Positions 62,287 to 64,000 of a stretch of 64,000 nt of DNA are shown piece after piece; position 1 is the first letter of the stretch; each line of letters starts with the position of its first letter. Origin of the DNA: an uncultured delta proteobacterium (lineage in GTDB: Bacteria > Desulfobacterota > RBG-13-43-22). The notes beneath the pieces were generated by a model. It searched no databases. It had not been told where the DNA came from and saw only the letters and a program-made list of their open reading frames with translations. A program made the position numbers and the translations under genes. The stretch is from the NCBI GenBank assembly GCA_963790475.1, contig CAWBOS010000006.1, forward strand, positions 448,001-512,000, written 5' to 3'.

Positions 62287-63077
62287 CGAACCCCCGAATA
62301 TCTGGAAAACCTTGGGGCCGTACTCTAACACGGCGCCCTTAGCACCACAAACGTGGTGATTGTCGAATTTTCTCCTTGCTACCCTTAGAAATCGACTCGG
62401 AGCAAAAATCGTGCGTGCAGGTATGGACCACGGGGCTACCCGACGTCTTTCTCGGCTGCTTCACCGATAGCAAGCACAAGCAACCCGGCACTTACGTTGT
62501 GCCTTAACCCTGCCATACTATAGTCCAGCTGAATGTTTGTTATACCAGATGTGCCGGACTCAGTTATCAGCACCCCCAGGCTGGGTCCTGCGGTCAGCTG
62601 CCTGCGGCGGTTGTTCATACCTCGACCGAGTGTCCCTGACGGTCATCGACCAGGAGAATCACTTTGTCGTGTCGCTCGACGCCATCAACGGTCACACTTG
62701 CTTCCCATTCCCGGCGTGCGTTTGGTTTGATAAGACTTTGCTTTTGAATAGGAAGAGTATAAAATAATGTTAAGATAGGTTCAAGGAGAAAAACAGGGCG
62801 GAAGGCAAGAGGACAGAGGTCGTTTTCTTGCGAAAATGGGACTTTGCGGGGCTGATTTGACAAATTGATTACCGTTTGAACTTCTCTGATTTTTCAAACA
62901 TGCCAAGTAAACGATTTCACGAAGTAATTATAGGGACGTCCACATTTTTTTTTGGGGGAGTCGCCTGGAGACGTTACGATAAAAATCTGATACGGGTTAT
63001 CGTTCAACACCTAAACACTTTGAGATTTCTCCTTAGTTGCATAAAGGTAAAGGTTCAATGTTGAATCATTTGGCCTA

Positions 63078-63953
63078 TTAGCTCTTAAGATATAAGGGGG
63101 ATGAGGCCTTCATAAACCGGGTCATATGGCGCATTTCTGCGATAACTGTATCGGTGCCTTTTTCTTTCAACGTTGAATCGTACCAGAAATATTCAGTTTT
63201 AGGACTTGCCCCAACACAGATCAATTTCCCAGTTGCTTGGTAGGGTATGCCGACTTTTACCGGACCTTTCACATTTCTGATTTCGGTGGCTCCAAAGAAA
63301 CCAACAGCCTCAATTCTCCTACCATCGGGAGGATGCGGGGTCAGCATCATGGCGTGATACATATGCGATGGATTCACCACCGGTTCACCCCAGGGGGACT
63401 CTTTTGTGTACCATTCCAGAGGATCGGTTATAGTAGTCAGGACTTTATCCGCTGTATCCAAGGTCATGAGAACATCAGTGGTGGGCAGTTCCTGCCCGGC
63501 CTTAAGCCCAGCCAGGATTCGAAGCTCATCCGGGTCAGCATTTTTCAGCTCAATCGATCGAACGTATGATGTTTCCTGGGGATTACCCACAGATACGGTT
63601 CCCTTAGCTACCACTGTGCCGTTTTTCATCACCACCCGTGCTTCGAGCGATACGTTATCCTGGTCTTTTGGGGGCACCGGCATTTCCACCCGTACTTCCT
63701 CGCGATCCAGAGTGGCGTAGACGTAAAACATGCTAATTGAGCCGGTCTCAAACCAACGCTGACCAAAAGCCTCAAGCAATACGGGTGGAAAGAGGTTTAG
63801 ATGAATGGTGCCAGGAATAGTCCCCCCCCGCATGCCTACTTTCTGAGCCACCTCATCAGTGTGAATTGAACCAGGGGCTCCTTGCCAGACATTGACTGGT
63901 TTGCGCCAACCGCCATAATACATTCCGTCTTTAATAATAATATCGCTGGACAT
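63078..63953 (-). CDS. MaoC-like double hotdog-fold protein
   Basis: SIH.DEVA..G.RGGTIPG, SPWG.PV; RBS AGAGGAGG. Confidence 0.55.
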   Translation of the reverse strand: MSSDIIIKDGMYYGGWRKPVNVWQGAPGSIHTDEVAQKVGMRGGTIPGTIHLNLFPPVLLEAFGQRWFETGSISMFYVYATLDREEVRVEMPVPPKDQDNVSLEARVVMKNGTVVAKGTVSVGNPQETSYVRSIELKNADPDELRILAGLKAGQELPTTDVLMTLDTADKVLTTITDPLEWYTKESPWGEPVVNPSHMYHAMMLTPHPPDGRRIEAVGFFGATEIRNVKGPVKVGIPYQATGKLICVGASPKTEYFWYDSTLKEKGTDTVIAEMRHMTRFMKASSPLYLKS

Positions 63954-64000
63954 AATCCTCCTCTTTTCCTATTTTTTTAAGATTCATACCTACTCTTTTT

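Noticed and set aside
1-64000. CRISPR array, rRNA or complete tRNA
   Set aside because: No regularly spaced repeat-spacer units and no full cloverleaf or rRNA signature seen.

Overview
Bacterial accessory or stress-type region; gene content suggests an anaerobic Desulfobacterota/deltaproteobacterium-like host (inference only). Left part (+ strand, 0.4-14.4 kb): intact quinol-dependent nitric oxide reductase, HAD hydrolases, DUF488, 6-phosphogluconolactonase and an M50-CBS protease, then a disrupted tal-pgi-pgm-ack-xfp-rpiB block. Converging on it from the - strand is a ~20.6 kb co-directional run gnd-zwf-tkt-tal-nuoA-BCD-E-F-G-H-I-J-K-L-M-N. Its NuoF has an altered nucleotide pocket (CGEAK instead of CGEET), suggesting an NADPH-oxidising complex I fed by the oxidative pentose phosphate pathway. 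Its nuoI carries an in-frame TGA at an Fe-S cysteine (selenocysteine or a nonsense change). Right half: decayed primase and IS remnants, MATE, small stress genes, a Rieske-FAD oxidoreductase, an IS21 element with two extra ORFs, hemerythrin/ABM/ferredoxin genes, an EtfAB-FixCX (fixABCX) operon, Hsp20, a PAS histidine kinase with response regulator, three copies of an unusual truncated receiver-like module, tRNA 3'-end scars, an APC permease and a hotdog-fold protein. All calls come from motif recognition by eye; no searches were run.
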